A DNA stretch of 64,000 nt from Microbotryum violaceum. Its lineage: Eukaryota. Positions 25,309-38,199 of the stretch are shown here, one piece after another. Every line of letters starts with the position of its first letter. Position 1 is the stretch's first letter. The notes under the pieces were generated by a model, which saw only the letters and a list, made by a program, of their open reading frames with translations, had not been told where the DNA came from and ran no database searches. The position numbers and the translations under genes were made by a program. Location of the stretch: assembly GCA_001244265.2 (NCBI GenBank), contig CDLV01000010.1:992001-1056000 (forward strand), in the 5' to 3' direction.

Positions 25309-28279
25309 ATGTCGGCTCGACCCCAATCCGTGAACAACAAACAAAACAAGCCCAAAAAGATTTCTCGCAAGCAGGCCGAAAGGCAGGAACTGCAGCTGCT
25401 GCAGCAGCGCGTTGATGACTTTGTCGCACCAGACGAGCTGCAGCTCTTCGCTGAGTTGCCCCTGTCCTCTCCTACGCTGCAAGGCCTCAAGTGCGTCGCG
25501 ACCACTACGCAAGCGAAGCGAAACCACACCGAAGCAAGTCAGTGTCGCTGACCCAGCTCTCGCGCTCGGATTTCCCCTGCACAGGTCGGCCTACTACAGC
25601 AAAATGACCGACATTCAGATCAAGGCGCTCCCGCTCGCACTAAAAGGGCTCGATGTCCTCGGAGCAGCACGGACGGGCAGTGGCAAGACGTTGGCGTTCC
25701 TCATCCCCGTCCTCGAGGTCCTACTGAGAAAAAAGTGGGGTCCTAACGATGGCCTCGGCGCGCTCATCATCAGTCCGACCCGAGAACTGGTCAGTCTTAC
25801 GAACTCCGCGATCGAGTCGCGACCCCTACTTGGGCGCTTTTAGTGTGTATGCTGACGGCTTCACTTCTTCTCCTCCATAACGACCCCAGGCGGTGCAGAT
25901 TTTTGACGTGATGCGCAAGATCGGCCACAAACACTCATTCTCGGCCGGGCTCGTCATCGGCGGCAAGTCGCTCAAGGACGAGCAAGACAGGCTCGCGCGC
26001 ATGAATATCCTCGTCGCGACTCCCGGTCGATTGCTTCAGCACATGGACCAGACGCTCGGCTTCGAGTGCGACCAACTCCAAATTCTGGTCCTCGACGAAG
26101 CCGACCGGATCCTCGACATGGGTTTCCAGGCCTCGCTCAACGCTATCGTAGCGAATTTGCCGAAGCAGCGCCAGACCTTACTCTTCTCGGCGACACAAAC
26201 CAAGAGCGTCAAAGACCTCGCGAGGCTTTCGCTCAAGGACCCGCAGTACGTCGCCGTTCGAGAAGGGATGGCGTCCGTCAAGGGCAAGGAGAAGGCCGAG
26301 GACGGGGCGGAGGACTTCAACTCTGCTCAGGCAACGCCCAAGAACCTCGAACAGCACTACATGGTCGTCGAACTGAACGAAAAGATGGACGTACTGTGGT
26401 CGTTCATAAAGACGCATCTCTTCACTAAGACGATCGTGTTTCTTTCTAGTGGCAAACAAGTGAGTCGAATTCTCCTACACCAGTCTCAGCCAAACTAGCT
26501 GACGAAGGTCTGAACATGCCCGAGCAGGTTCGCTTCGTCTATGAAAACTTTCGTCACTTGCGACCAGGTGTACCGCTGCTGCACATGCACGGCAAGCAGA
26601 AACAGATGCAACGCCTCGATATCTACCAGCGCTTCATCTCGGCCAAACATTCGATCTTGTTCGCGACCGACATCGCTGCGCGCGGTCTTGATTTCCCCTC
26701 GGTCGACTGGGTTGTGCAGGTCGACTGCCCCGAGGACGTCGAGACGTACATCCACCGCGTCGGTCGAACGGCGAGATACGTGTCCAAAGGCAAGGCGCTC
26801 TTGTTTTTGTTACCGAGTGAAGAGGCGGGGATGGTGAAGCGGCTCGAAGCGAAAAAAGTCGACATTGGCAAGATCAAGGCCAACGCCGCGAAGCGACAGA
26901 GCGTGCAGAGCCAATTGCAAAACGCAGCGTTTCAGTTCCCCGAAATCAAATTTTTGGCACAACGAGTGAGCAGCGTCGCGGTGGGAGATGTCCCATGCAC
27001 TACTGACATGGCGAAACGATTCTTCCCCCAGGCTTTCATCTCCTACGTGCGCTCCATCTACCTGCAAAAGGATAAGACCATCTTCAATCTCGACGACCTG
27101 CCGCTCGAGGCGTTCGCAACCTCGCTCGGTCTCGCCGGTGCTCCCAGAATCAAATTCGTCAGCAAGCAAGCAGCCTCGGTCAAGAAGAACGCGGTGCGAC
27201 AGATCGAAGTTCTGAAGAAGGATGCGAGGATCAAGGTCGCAGGATCGGACCACGAGAACGACAGCGAAGAGGAGAGTGAGGGATCAGTTTCCAGATCAGG
27301 CTCCCATTCTGGGTCTGGTTCGGACGAGGATGAGATAAGTGGTGGCGAAAAGAGCGAGGCTGGAGACGATGAGCGTACCACAGCGAATGCACCAGACGTA
27401 AAAGTGAGTCTCGTTGATCCGAGCGCATGACGATCTACCTAGCTAAACATGCCCGTTGACGATCACGTTCAGGAAAAGAACGGCGGTGTCAAGACCAAGT
27501 ACGATCGAATGTTTAGCCGCAAGAGTCAAACCATCCTGTCGGACCACTACTCCAAACTTGTCGATCGATCTTCGGACGAAGAGGACGGGGGTGCGGGTCG
27601 AACAGCCCTCACTGGCCACCACGGTGCCGACGGCGGCGATGGCGATGACTTTATCACGCTCAAACGTCGCGACCACACCATCGACGAGGACCAACTCCCT
27701 GAGTCGCACTTCATTTCGAAACGCAAGCTCAAGATGGGGCAGTCGAAAAAGGCCATGCTGAACAAGCACGGCAACCCGACCAAACTTGTCTTCGATGACG
27801 ATGGCGAGGCCCGGCAAATCTACGCGCTCAAGGACGAAGAACACTTCAAGGCCGAGGGCGACGCCGCCGAGCAGCGAGCTAAGTTCGTCGAGGAGGAACG
27901 ACAAAGGTTGGCCAAGGCCGATGTGCTGGACAAGGAACGAGCTAAGGAGAAGCGACGGGAAAAGAAGAGGAAGCACAAGGACTACGATGGCGCGTACGAG
28001 GATGAGGGAGGCGTTGAGGTTGGCGACCTGTCCGACGTCGACGATGGCTACGTCTCGCCCGATTTCAACCTACTCGATCTCGGCACGAGCGAGGAAGAAG
28101 ATGGTCCACTGTGGTATAAAGCCCAGGACCGCAATACAGCAGAGACATCGGCGACGCCTGCACCAAGCGAGAAGAGGAATAAGCGTCAGCGCAGGAACGG
28201 ACGCAGTGATGCTTCGGCAGCGGCGGAGCCGGCGGTGGATCTGGAAGCGCTTGCTCTGCAAGCCTTGGGCGGAAAGTAG
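25309..28279 (+). CDS. DBP4: DEAD-box RNA helicase Dbp4/DDX10, multi-exon
   Basis: [63 protein letters not shown], and C-terminal [20 protein letters not shown]. Confidence 0.93.
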
Positions 28280-28461
28280 TAATTTGTATTCGCAATGGTC
28301 TATGCACCCCTTTTCCCGAAATACTTTTGGTCAATGTACGCGCTCACATTCCGCCTCTCCATGCTCTGCGACCATGGAGGCCAGACGTGTTCCGCTGGGC
28401 TCTCTCTCGGCCGCCATTTCGGCACATGCGCCTGAAAGCACTACGAGTCATGTATTACAGA

Positions 28462-30876
28462 CTACTGAAAGCATTCTACTTCCAGCAATACAACAGCACT
28501 CGCGACCGTGCTCAGGATGGGCAAAAAGAGGCAGTTCCACGCGGCAAATTCGCGCGCTTTGACGTGGATTCCCTTTTGCTTCAGAATAGAAACCCACAAC
28601 AGACCTGCCAAGCTGCTTGAAAAGGTCCAAGAAAAGGCTCCTAGGTTGGAAGCGAGAGCAGTCGAAAAGATGGCACCGGCGAGGATCTTGGGGCTCGCGA
28701 CGATGTGAGGAGCATGTGAAAACTTGGGGTCGCGCAGGATCTCGACGAGCAGGATCGTGGCGCCGATGTTGGTACCGCACAGCGGGCATAGGACGAGCGC
28801 GATAAAGTAGCCGAGAAAAAAAATAGTCACAGCCGGGTTGATGGAGATCTTCGCCAGCCACAAGGCAAAGATCGACGTCCAGCCGAGCGAGGTCAGCGCG
28901 CGGGCGAGGACAAAAATCCCTCCCGCAAAGGGGAGCAGCGAAAGGGGCAACCGCGAGATCGTTGTCGCCGTGGTCGGAAACTGCCGCCGGAAGGCTCGAC
29001 CAAACGCAGGCAGTGAGTAGCGAGGTTCGTACCTAGAGGTAGATACGATGACGCGGCCGAGGTTGATGCCCTCGGGCTCTTGTGGCGTCGACAGCGGATG
29101 CGATCCCCGTTCGGTCCACAAATCGCGCAGCAAGGCGATGATGCCTCCCGGCGCGGTCACCATCCAGACCTCGACGCTCTTGACGAAACTCGTTCCCACG
29201 AGGACGACCAACGTGACTAACATCAGGGCCGAGTGGAAAACTGCCCCCTTAGGGTCCAGCAATGCCGAGCGAGGATCGACGTCGGGTGGCGTCAGCTGGG
29301 CGGGAATGTACGCCGGTACGCCGGAGGTTCCATCCTTTCGAGGTACCTTCAACGTCTTGAAAGTGACCAGCAACAGAGGGTAGGCAACAACAGCTCTGTC
29401 GATAGAAACATATGTCGTATTTAGGTTCGTGTATGCTACGCCGTACAAGTAGCATCGACTTGCGTGATGACGGAGGGAAGTAGCGTGTTCTTGGTATACC
29501 CCGTCAAAAAATTGAGTTCGAAAGCCTGCAATTTTTTTGGATGATCGTCAGGTTCTGTTTTCTTCATGCTATATATCTTTCTCTTTCTTTGGCCGTCTCG
29601 AAAAGCCTTGAACTTACCCCGGCGATCAACACGTTCGTCGGATTGGACGAAACGAGAGCTGCACTGGCAATGTTGGCGGCGATGAATTGAGAAAAGGTCC
29701 ATGCTGTGGGGGTGGTGATGCCCGTGACCCGAGTCATGTAACCCAAAAAGGCGGTCTGGATCGTGTTGGTGAACCAGTGGGCTTGATCAGTGCCGTGGCC
29801 ACCTGCGCAGAGGCAGCCGAGTTCAATTGTTCACCCCGGACAATACGATCGGGTCATTTCCAACGATGACACCCGCGACAAACCAGAACACGTATAACGT
29901 GGTATAGAGCTGTACCCCGCTCGCCGTCTTCTCGGCCGAAGGAGGGGACAATTGCGGCGTGCGGGCGGATTTCTGCGAGATGAAGAAAGCCAAAGCGCGC
30001 AACCCCCCGGTCGAATCGAGTGCTGTCGAAATGTAGGCCTTTGAATTTTGAAATCGGTCAAAGTGTACAAGCCAGGTGAAGAACACTGAATACATTGATA
30101 TAACGGATTTCTGTAACTTAGTATAGCAACTCACCAACGAGATAAAGAGCACCAAGACGTCGTAAGGTCGGACGCCATCTTCTCCAACGATTCCCTTGCG
30201 CAACACCGATCCGTCGATCGTAGTCGTGAGCAAAAGCAAGATGACACCTGCGACAGGGGCCGTTCTCAGATCGATGGGGATTGACCACCTCTGTCCCTCG
30301 CTACTCGGTTGCCCCGACCGTGACCCGTCGTGGTCAGCCGTCGAATCTGCATCTGCCATATTTCGCACAGGGTTCGAAGAGTTCGCCTTTGCCGCCGATA
30401 CGTTGACCCCGATCTTGTACTCGCTCCTGCTTCTCGATGAGAAACTAACGGATGAGCTGTCCACGGCTATAGGGTTCGTTGATCCGGACTGCGTGGGTGC
30501 GTCGTGGTCGCCATTCGCTGACGGCGCCGGACTCAAGGGCATCTCCGACTTGGGTTCGGACTTGGACTTGGACTTAGACCGTGTCGACCAGTGCGAGTGG
30601 GGTTCGATCGGATCTCGAAGCCTCAGCAAGATCGCAAGCTTGAGCAAAGCTCGGGATATGGCGAGAGGTATCGGTACTTGAACGCCCTTCATCACAAAGC
30701 CCACTAGAGTACAAGATGGTGGAGGCAGTGTTGCGATCAGCCATTGCCCCAGAAACGTGCGAGATACCTCCACCGTGCAGGTGAATGCGCTTCCGCTCCG
30801 CTACTGTCTACAACTCACTGACGGCGAAGTAGACGACCAAGCCGAACCAGCCGAATCCATTGATACTTGCGACCAT
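28462..30876 (-). CDS. ArsB/NhaD-like (arsenical pump / anion permease family) membrane protein, multi-exon
   Basis: Many hydrophobic segments. PYDVLVLFISL-AYISTALDSTGGLR, GNDPIVLSG, ANIASAALVSSNPTNVLIA, TNIGATIL, ASNLGAFS...SSLAGLLW. Confidence 0.8.
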
Positions 30877-31162
30877 GTTGAGTGTCACTGGTTAGGCGAA
30901 CGTCCAGATGTGCGGGAACTCAAGGTGAGCACCGTCACCCGTCACGGGTCTTGTGGATCCAGCTGCAGACTGCAGAGCACGTTGACTTTCGTTCGCGCAC
31001 GCGTGCGTCATTTGGATCCCAGAATAGCTCGAGCGCTCTTGTCGATCACTTCGCAGATCCCCGAATCACAACGATTCGCGGTCAGTGGCGCGCAAAAATA
31101 CCGAGTAGGTAACATAACATGTCCCCTAGGTAGCCGGCCAAACTATTAAAACGACGGCATTA

Positions 31163-33177
31163 TCACGCTTCCAGTTTCAAATATGTCGATCGCACGTCTT
31201 CTGCCCCGGGGCCACTGAGGACCCCTCTCAACAGCTCCACCTTGGCCCCCATGCTCTTGTCGGTCCGTAGCTCGAGTAAAATCGCGTAATTGAAAATGAT
31301 CGTTTCGGAAGCATATGCCGTCGATGGCTTGGTAGAGAACAATCCGGCGAGAAGATTGATGGCCTGCGCGAGGTTATCGGGTGGTCGTAGGTTATTCAGC
31401 CGAGTCTCTCCGAAAAAGGCTGCGGCGTCAAGTCGCCGAGGTCCCACGCACCTCGTTCAGTCTGGAAGCGAACAACAAGACGACGGCAAGATTGTTGAGA
31501 GCCTGTAGTCCGAATGATGTTAGCGTTGATGGTCTCACTACGCTGGTGCGGTCGCTTGGGCGTACCTCGGCGTCTCGGTCATCCTCCTGCACGAGTGCTC
31601 GCCAGTCGGCCTCTGCGGCGGCCCAATCCCCTCGAGCGACCTTGCCCAACGCCAACATCTTGCGCGTTGTTCGATCGTGTTTGGACGGTGTATTCGAGGC
31701 GGCGACAGTCATTGATAGCCCCACGATGTCGCCCGTCGCGAGTTGCAGCCGAGTTAGAGCCGGGAGCAAGGCCGAAGAGAGAGGCTTGGTACGCGAGCCC
31801 GCGGTCAGGACGTAGGTTGCCGAAGGATAGGCCTAGGTCACCACACAAGACATCTCGTTGTCAGTAGAACGTAGACCGAAATCGCACCATAGCATCTCGA
31901 TAGTACCGACCTTGATCTCGACTAAAGCTGCAGCGATCATACCCGCGATCCTCTCTGCTCTCGTCTTCCACTCTTGCGCAATATCGTGCTCGTCGCGCCA
32001 CTCGCACACCCACATCTCGCAGCGAATGTTCTTGAGCAACACGCTCAAGTTCCCGACTGAGCGTTCTGGATCGCCGCGGAGGGCGGGTAGGGTGGCGAGC
32101 ATGACGTGGAGTTCGAAAGGGATCACGGGGATGAAACGTGGTGGGGTGATGCCCGTGGGTCGAGCAGGTGGGGGAGTGAGCGAGACGAGTGGAGGCAGGA
32201 TCGCGATAAGCCCTAGGAGCTCTGTGGCAAAGTGCTCGACGAGATGCAGTCGCAACAGGCAGTGAAGTCGAAGAAGCCAGTGCTAGAGCATATAGTTGGA
32301 GGTCAGCACTCTTGGGGTCACGCAGGAAGAAACTCCAGGAGCGTAGACTGACGCCGAGAAGAAACGATGTCGCTTCTGGCGAGGAACTCATAATGACATC
32401 GTGACAGAGCTCGGCCAGTCCTCGCCATTTTCGTGCCGTCTGTTGGAGTGTGCTGGCAATGTTCACATCAGCGCCTGAGTTCGGAATACATGGTTTCACA
32501 TGGCGACTAACGATCAGCTCTTGCACGGTCTTACCCTTGCCGTCCGCGCCGCTCAGGTCACGTGGAGCCGAAGGACCAAGGTACCTCTCGACCAGAGGTG
32601 TGAGATTATCGGTCTGCGGACAAAAGTCGAATAGAATCGGGTGAGCCTGTAATCCCCTGTTCGACGATCCATTCGGTCATAAGAGCCTGCTCACGTTAGG
32701 TAAGACAACAAAGAGGTGGGGTGACATGAGGCCCGGGATATAGTCTTCGTCCGGTGACGTACTGGCCGTCGCGAGATCGGATGCGTTCGAGGTGCTTGCG
32801 ATCGGGAGTGATTGCTGAAGTTGATATTCGGTAGCCCTTGGTGTTGGCAGGAAGGCGGCCTCGCCACTCAGCTGTTGCAGCGAGCTCGCCAGTGAGTACG
32901 GGGCGGTGGAGGAAGAAGCAAGGGGGGTCGATTCGGGGTTGGGGCTGTAGCCGTGGAGAGGGGGGCGAGGCAAGGGAGGCAAGGGAGGCGACACAACTTG
33001 AGCTTGATGTGGGAAAGCATACGGCGAAGATAACGAGGGCGGCGGCGGAGGTGGGTGAGTGCCAGGGGCTGCGATCGAGGTCGGAGGGGGCGAAGGTGGG
33101 GCCGACCCGAGCGCGTACTGAGCATCGGCGGCAATCGGGCCGACCTTGAACCGCTCGTTTGCGTCGTAGGACTGCAT
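31163..33177 (-). CDS. TPR protein resembling TRAPPC12, multi-exon
   Basis: C-terminal NNLAVVLLF...IIFNYAILLELR and internal IPFELHV motif; Pro-rich N-terminus; start uncertain. Confidence 0.65.
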
Positions 33178-33726
33178 CGTGACCCAAGTCGACGAATGTG
33201 CCGTGAAGGGGTGGAGACCACGATCCAACACAGTATGTGGAAGGGGTGCGGAGGGGGAAAGAGGGGCACTGTGGACTATAACCGCACCAGCGCGCCAGTA
33301 GCGAGCGCCTAATACTGCCTCATACTGCCTAGTGAGTGCCTAGTGGCGCCGCGTAGCGCCGAGTAGCGCGCAGTGCCAGGCCGACGCAAGGTCAACTTCG
33401 GACCGTCGGACCGTCGCACGCACCCCGTACTTCAGATCTTCCGAAGCGGCGGTCGCACATACCTGGTGTCAGCAGAGTCGTCTCCCAGCTTTGGGCTTGC
33501 AGTGACCTCGCGTGCGATCAGTCGTCGACGACCGCCGGCCAAGGTCATTTTTCACGCGTTGCATTCCGTTCCGTCGCGCGACGCGTGACGACAGTTCTCA
33601 TTTCTCGCTCGCCCATTTCGCAAGCGCCGCGTCGGACAAGTTCCCCTTTCAGCAGGGCCGGTGCTGATCACGCCTCGAACCACGCAGCCCAGGAGATGAT
33701 ACCAGCTCGACGGCGACGGCGTGAAC

Positions 33727-36582
33727 ATGCATAGTCATGCCCGCAACTACCGCACTGGCGCGGCGGCCCTTCCCGACTCGAAGAACGATCGCACCCCCGC
33801 CGCGTCGTTCAAACCACCTCGACCGGCGGTCACGGCCATCTCAGTACCGACCGCTTTCGGCGCCGATCCGCACACGGACAGGAATGGACATCGCACCGCA
33901 AACCATGACAGTCGCTTCTCGCCTCGGACGCGCTATGCGCCCGTCAGTCAGCCATCGCGAAGGCCACTCACCTCGTTCCAAGCACGTGCCCCCGCCGCCG
34001 CGTCTCCGTCGTACCGCGCGACCCCACCTGCCGCTCCTCGGCTGTTCTCGGGCCGCACCGAACGTATCGTCTCAGCCTACGCTATGGATGAATGTGCGCC
34101 CTACGATGCTCGTGCAGAAGCGGCCAGGGAAGCGCAAGCACGACTGAGCCCGTTTGTATCTGCGGGCGAGGCGCGCAACGGCGCGAGGCAAGCATTTCAC
34201 ACCGAGCGTCGACGCACGGACGGCTGCGATTCCGATTCCGAGTCAATCCGCTACAAGCCCTCACGATCCTACGGTGACAATAATCAGTACGTGTTCGATA
34301 ACGATCGCCAGGTTCGGATCAAGCAGCAGCAAACACGCGACAAGCAAAAGTCCGAACGAGCACTACAAAAGGAGAAACAGCTCGCGCTCACCCCGGCTTA
34401 CCAGGCCGACGAGAAGAAGCGAGCTGCCAACAAGCTCGAACGACTTCGCGCCGAGGGGCCCTCGACGGTCGGTAAACCGCTCAAGAGACGCAACGCAGTT
34501 GACGAGAACATCTCGACCAATAGCTCCGGTGCTGCCTCGGTCAAATCGAGTCGTCGTCGCTCTCCAACGTCCCAGAAGGCTGAGGAGGTACTGGGTTTCC
34601 TCGGCCCGGAGAAATGCGCCGCGAGCTCTAGGACAAAACTTTCGCAAAAGGTCGACTCTGACGATGATGTGCTGTCCCTGTCGTCCTCGCCGGTCAAAGG
34701 ACCCACGCCCGCCTCGAGAAAGGTAAAGAAGAAACACCGGAAGAAGCTCCGGCAGCACTCTGACGATGAGCTCTCTGAGTATGCGACGGCTCCGATGCGC
34801 ATTTCATTGAGCCCGTCGCCCGCGCCCGCCGCCCTCGTACCGAAACCAAAAGTTGTCTACGACTTGGCTACTCTTTTGGCGGAGGAGGACGCGTCCGTCA
34901 AGGTCGAGGTCAAGTGGCTGAAGCGCGCCCGGAAAATGAAGCGATCCGAGATCAAGGATGATGTTGACACGAGCGATTCGGACAGCGGGCAATCGGACGC
35001 AGACCGCCAACTTGTACACCAGGAGATGCGGATCCGACGCGAGAACCAAGCCTCTCCGGACCCTTTGCTCGAAGGCGAAGGTCTGTTTGCCCATGATTCG
35101 CACAGAAACGCCTCGAGTCGTGACTGACGGTACACTTCCTTTATACAGACGAACTGCCGGATCCTTCGACGCTCTGTCCGTTCTGCAGCAGTGTTCTTCC
35201 CTCAGAGCCCTCGAAAGAGCTCTCATCACTGAAAAAGTACTTGCTCGGTCGACCGAATGTCACTCCCAACCCCAGCAAGCGCAACCCCTTGGGCAAGCGA
35301 TTGCCCGTCGTCGAGACGGCATCGTTTTGTCGTCGACATCGATGGGAGACCTCCGTCATTCCCGAGGGCAAGGCTCGCGGTTGGCCCACTACAATCGACT
35401 GGGAGGCTTTGCCCAAGTGGGTCACACCGGTCTGGGTAGGGTTGATAGTGGCGATAAGGAAAGCTGACGCGAGCGTGTATGACTCGCAGGCGAGTGGGCG
35501 CTCGGGAATTTTCGGACCATTTGTCCCAAATCATAATGCAGAGGAAGCCCAGCCGGTTCTTCGACATTGCCAAGAGGGAATGGGAAGCCAAAGGTAGCAA
35601 AATCAACAACATTCTGTCCGAATTCAAGTCGTCCGAGGTCGAGTTGCCCGGATAGTCAGTCTTCCCCCTCTCTACCAGAGCTTTTCCTGTCCGCGCGCTG
35701 ACTTCGACTCGACTTTTCGATACCAGCTACGGTTTGATTGGGCAAGAAAAGCTAATTCACCTACTGAATAAGCTCTTTGTCGTGGATGCACCACTCCTCA
35801 CGACGTACAAAGCTTTGCCACTCGACGTCAGCGCCTACATCCGCCGCGTCCTTGTGCCTGAAACGGCAGTCGAACTGATTCGGCGGGACCTTGAACTAGA
35901 TCTCGGCGACCCGGACACCCGCGGCGAGGCCGAGCGCGTGTGCCAGGAGTCACGCGAGTTCGGCCAGGCCATGTTCTCGACGACCCAAAAGGAAGAAAAG
36001 GAGATGAGGGCCAACGTACTCGACGAACAACGCCAAAAGTCGCGGAAGAAGGAAAAAGAGAAGGAAAAAGAGCTGCAAAGACGCAAGGAGAAGGCCAAGA
36101 AGGAGACGCAGCGGAGGAAGAAAGAGATTCAGGCGCGAGCGCTGCGCAACGCCCTCCGGCTTCAGCGTGGAGGCTCGGTAGATCTCGGAGAAGACTCGTC
36201 GTCGGCTGTCGGGATGCCGAACGGTACGGCAAGTGACACGGAGACAACTAGGGCTAAGCGGAAACCTCGCGCTGCATTGCACCGGGAGCAGCAGCTGGCG
36301 AACAGCAATGGACGGTCTACGGCGGCGCCAGCCGAGGCCGCCAACCTTCCCGTGCGAGGCAGCAGCGGAGACTCTGACGACACCGATTCTGATCAGGAAT
36401 TGATGGTGCCTCTGTTTGAAACGAGCGAAAGGATCTCTCTCGAGACGACGTCCCCCCCGAAGCGCATACCAAGGAAGAAACTGGATCTCGGGTTGAGGGG
36501 AAAGAAGCGGAGGCTGGGGGAGGAAGAGGGGCCTGCGGTCGTGACCCTCGAAGAATCGTCGGATGATCTCAACACTGATTGA
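33727..36582 (+). CDS. RTC4-like domain protein with long low-complexity regions, multi-exon
   Basis: FCRRHRWETSVIPEGKARGWPTTIDW, then LPG|YYGLIG across an intron, VLVPETAVELIRRDL and ESREFG. Confidence 0.7.
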
Positions 36583-36999
36583 AGATGTGTGCAGTAACTC
36601 TCAAAAGAGGGGGAATATTGTACGTTCATGTTGTATCTGTTTCTATTGCTGCAGTTTCAGCATACCGCATGCGCAAGCACCATTGCTTGCCACCGAGTAA
36701 ATTATTGGCCCGCACACAGATCGGAATTTGGAAAAATACCCATCCACAGTCAAAGCTCGAAGGCAGAACATGTCATCTTCAAGAGCACGGTTAACTGCAT
36801 TTTTATCGACCCAAAATGATTGGACCTTTTTGGGGGGGGTTTTGGGGTTTTTTTTTGGTAATAACCAGTGGGATCCCCGTTAAATCAACGGGCGGATGAA
36901 TCCAAATCGCATGAGAATCGAAGAACAGTCTACATGATTTCAGCAGAGGTAAACAAAAACAAACAAAAAGCGCAAAAATTTTCCATTCATCGCCGAAAC

Positions 37000-37210
37000 A
37001 GCCTGCCCATTGAAATATTCGTGCAATGAGATCTGGACGGTGGCATGCTTTGTCGTTCGGCCAAAGTGCAGCCTTGATTTCCGGCCATTCGCGAATGGAG
37101 TCGCGCGTCACCGTGATGAACGGCACGGAGGCTTTCCAGGGTTGACAACGCACGCCAGCGTAACGTCCGTGCAAGTAGTACGCAAAGAATTGTGAGCCTG
37201 ACACCGCTGG
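37000..37210 (-). mobile_element. Helitron Rep-domain remnant
   Basis: FITVT...WPEIKAALWPNDKACHRPDLIARIF resembles the Helitron motif FITxTxNPxWPEI...DRPDxxxRVF; degenerate. Confidence 0.75.
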
Positions 37211-37249
37211 CGCGCCGCATCCCGTGACAGACGCTAGCCTCGCCCCGCG

Positions 37250-37386
37250 CGTCAGGCCGTCAGGCGTCAGGCCGTCAGGCGTCAGGCCGTCAGGCGTCAG
37301 GCGCCAGGCCGTCAGGCGTCAGGCGCTCAGGCGCTCAGGCCTCAGGCGTCAGGCGCTCAGGCGCTCAGGCCTCAGGCGCCAGGCGG
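37250..37386. repeat. 7-8-bp minisatellite (GTCAGGC / GTCAGGCC / CTCAGGCG variants, about 18 units)
   Basis: Directly visible, with higher-order 15-bp and 30-bp units. Confidence 0.9.
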
Positions 37387-38199
37387 AGCTCTGCTGTAGA
37401 AGCAATGTCATGCAAAGCCACGCGCTTGCCGTCCATTAAATACAATATAACTGTAAATACTGTTTGACATCAACGAAAAAGTGAAGGAAAATATGGGGAA
37501 CGCTGTAGCTTCGTTGGAACGGCGCGGAAAATACAAAAGTCACCACAGGGCTTGTACATGACTTCTGATCGGAACATGGACACCACAGGCAGGTGCGGCA
37601 GACACAACAGTATGCTGGTACATCCACCACAGGCCGCAACCTAGTTAAAAACAGCGATTTTAGGGTAACATTCCTTAACTCACACTTTTTTTTAACTAGT
37701 TAGGGTAATCCTAGAGGCACTCATATATATGAGGCGCCGGGACTCATAGACCTCCGCTTGTCTCGCCGCTCGCGCGCTTGCGCCGGCTGTATGAGGCGCT
37801 GGCGCTTGAGTGCGCTCACCACCAGCTTCCACCAGCGCGGTGCGCCTCGCTCACCACCACAGCACGGTGCTGCGACGGGCATGCATGCTGCTGGGCGGGG
37901 CACGCTTGCCCGTCTTTTTTCTTCCTTACCTTGGGCCGCCCGCTCCTCTCCATCGCCATCGCTGACTCGCTCCCCGGTAGGTTTTGAATTGCTTGCACCA
38001 AGGTACGTGAGATGTATCCCAAATCCGAGGATCCGTGCGCCCCCACATGTCGGCCTTCGCAGCCCCACCACTGACACTCTCCTCCACCTCCCGCACGCCC
38101 ACCCACCACCAGCCGTGGATCAAGTCACTAGCTCCGCCCCACCCCAACCGCGGCGCAAACTTCAACAGCCCCGCACGACCGACGACCCGCCACCCCACG

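Noticed and set aside
33290-33378. Degenerate GCGCC/TGCC-TAGT repeats between divergent genes
   Set aside because: Too short and irregular to call an element or regulatory site.
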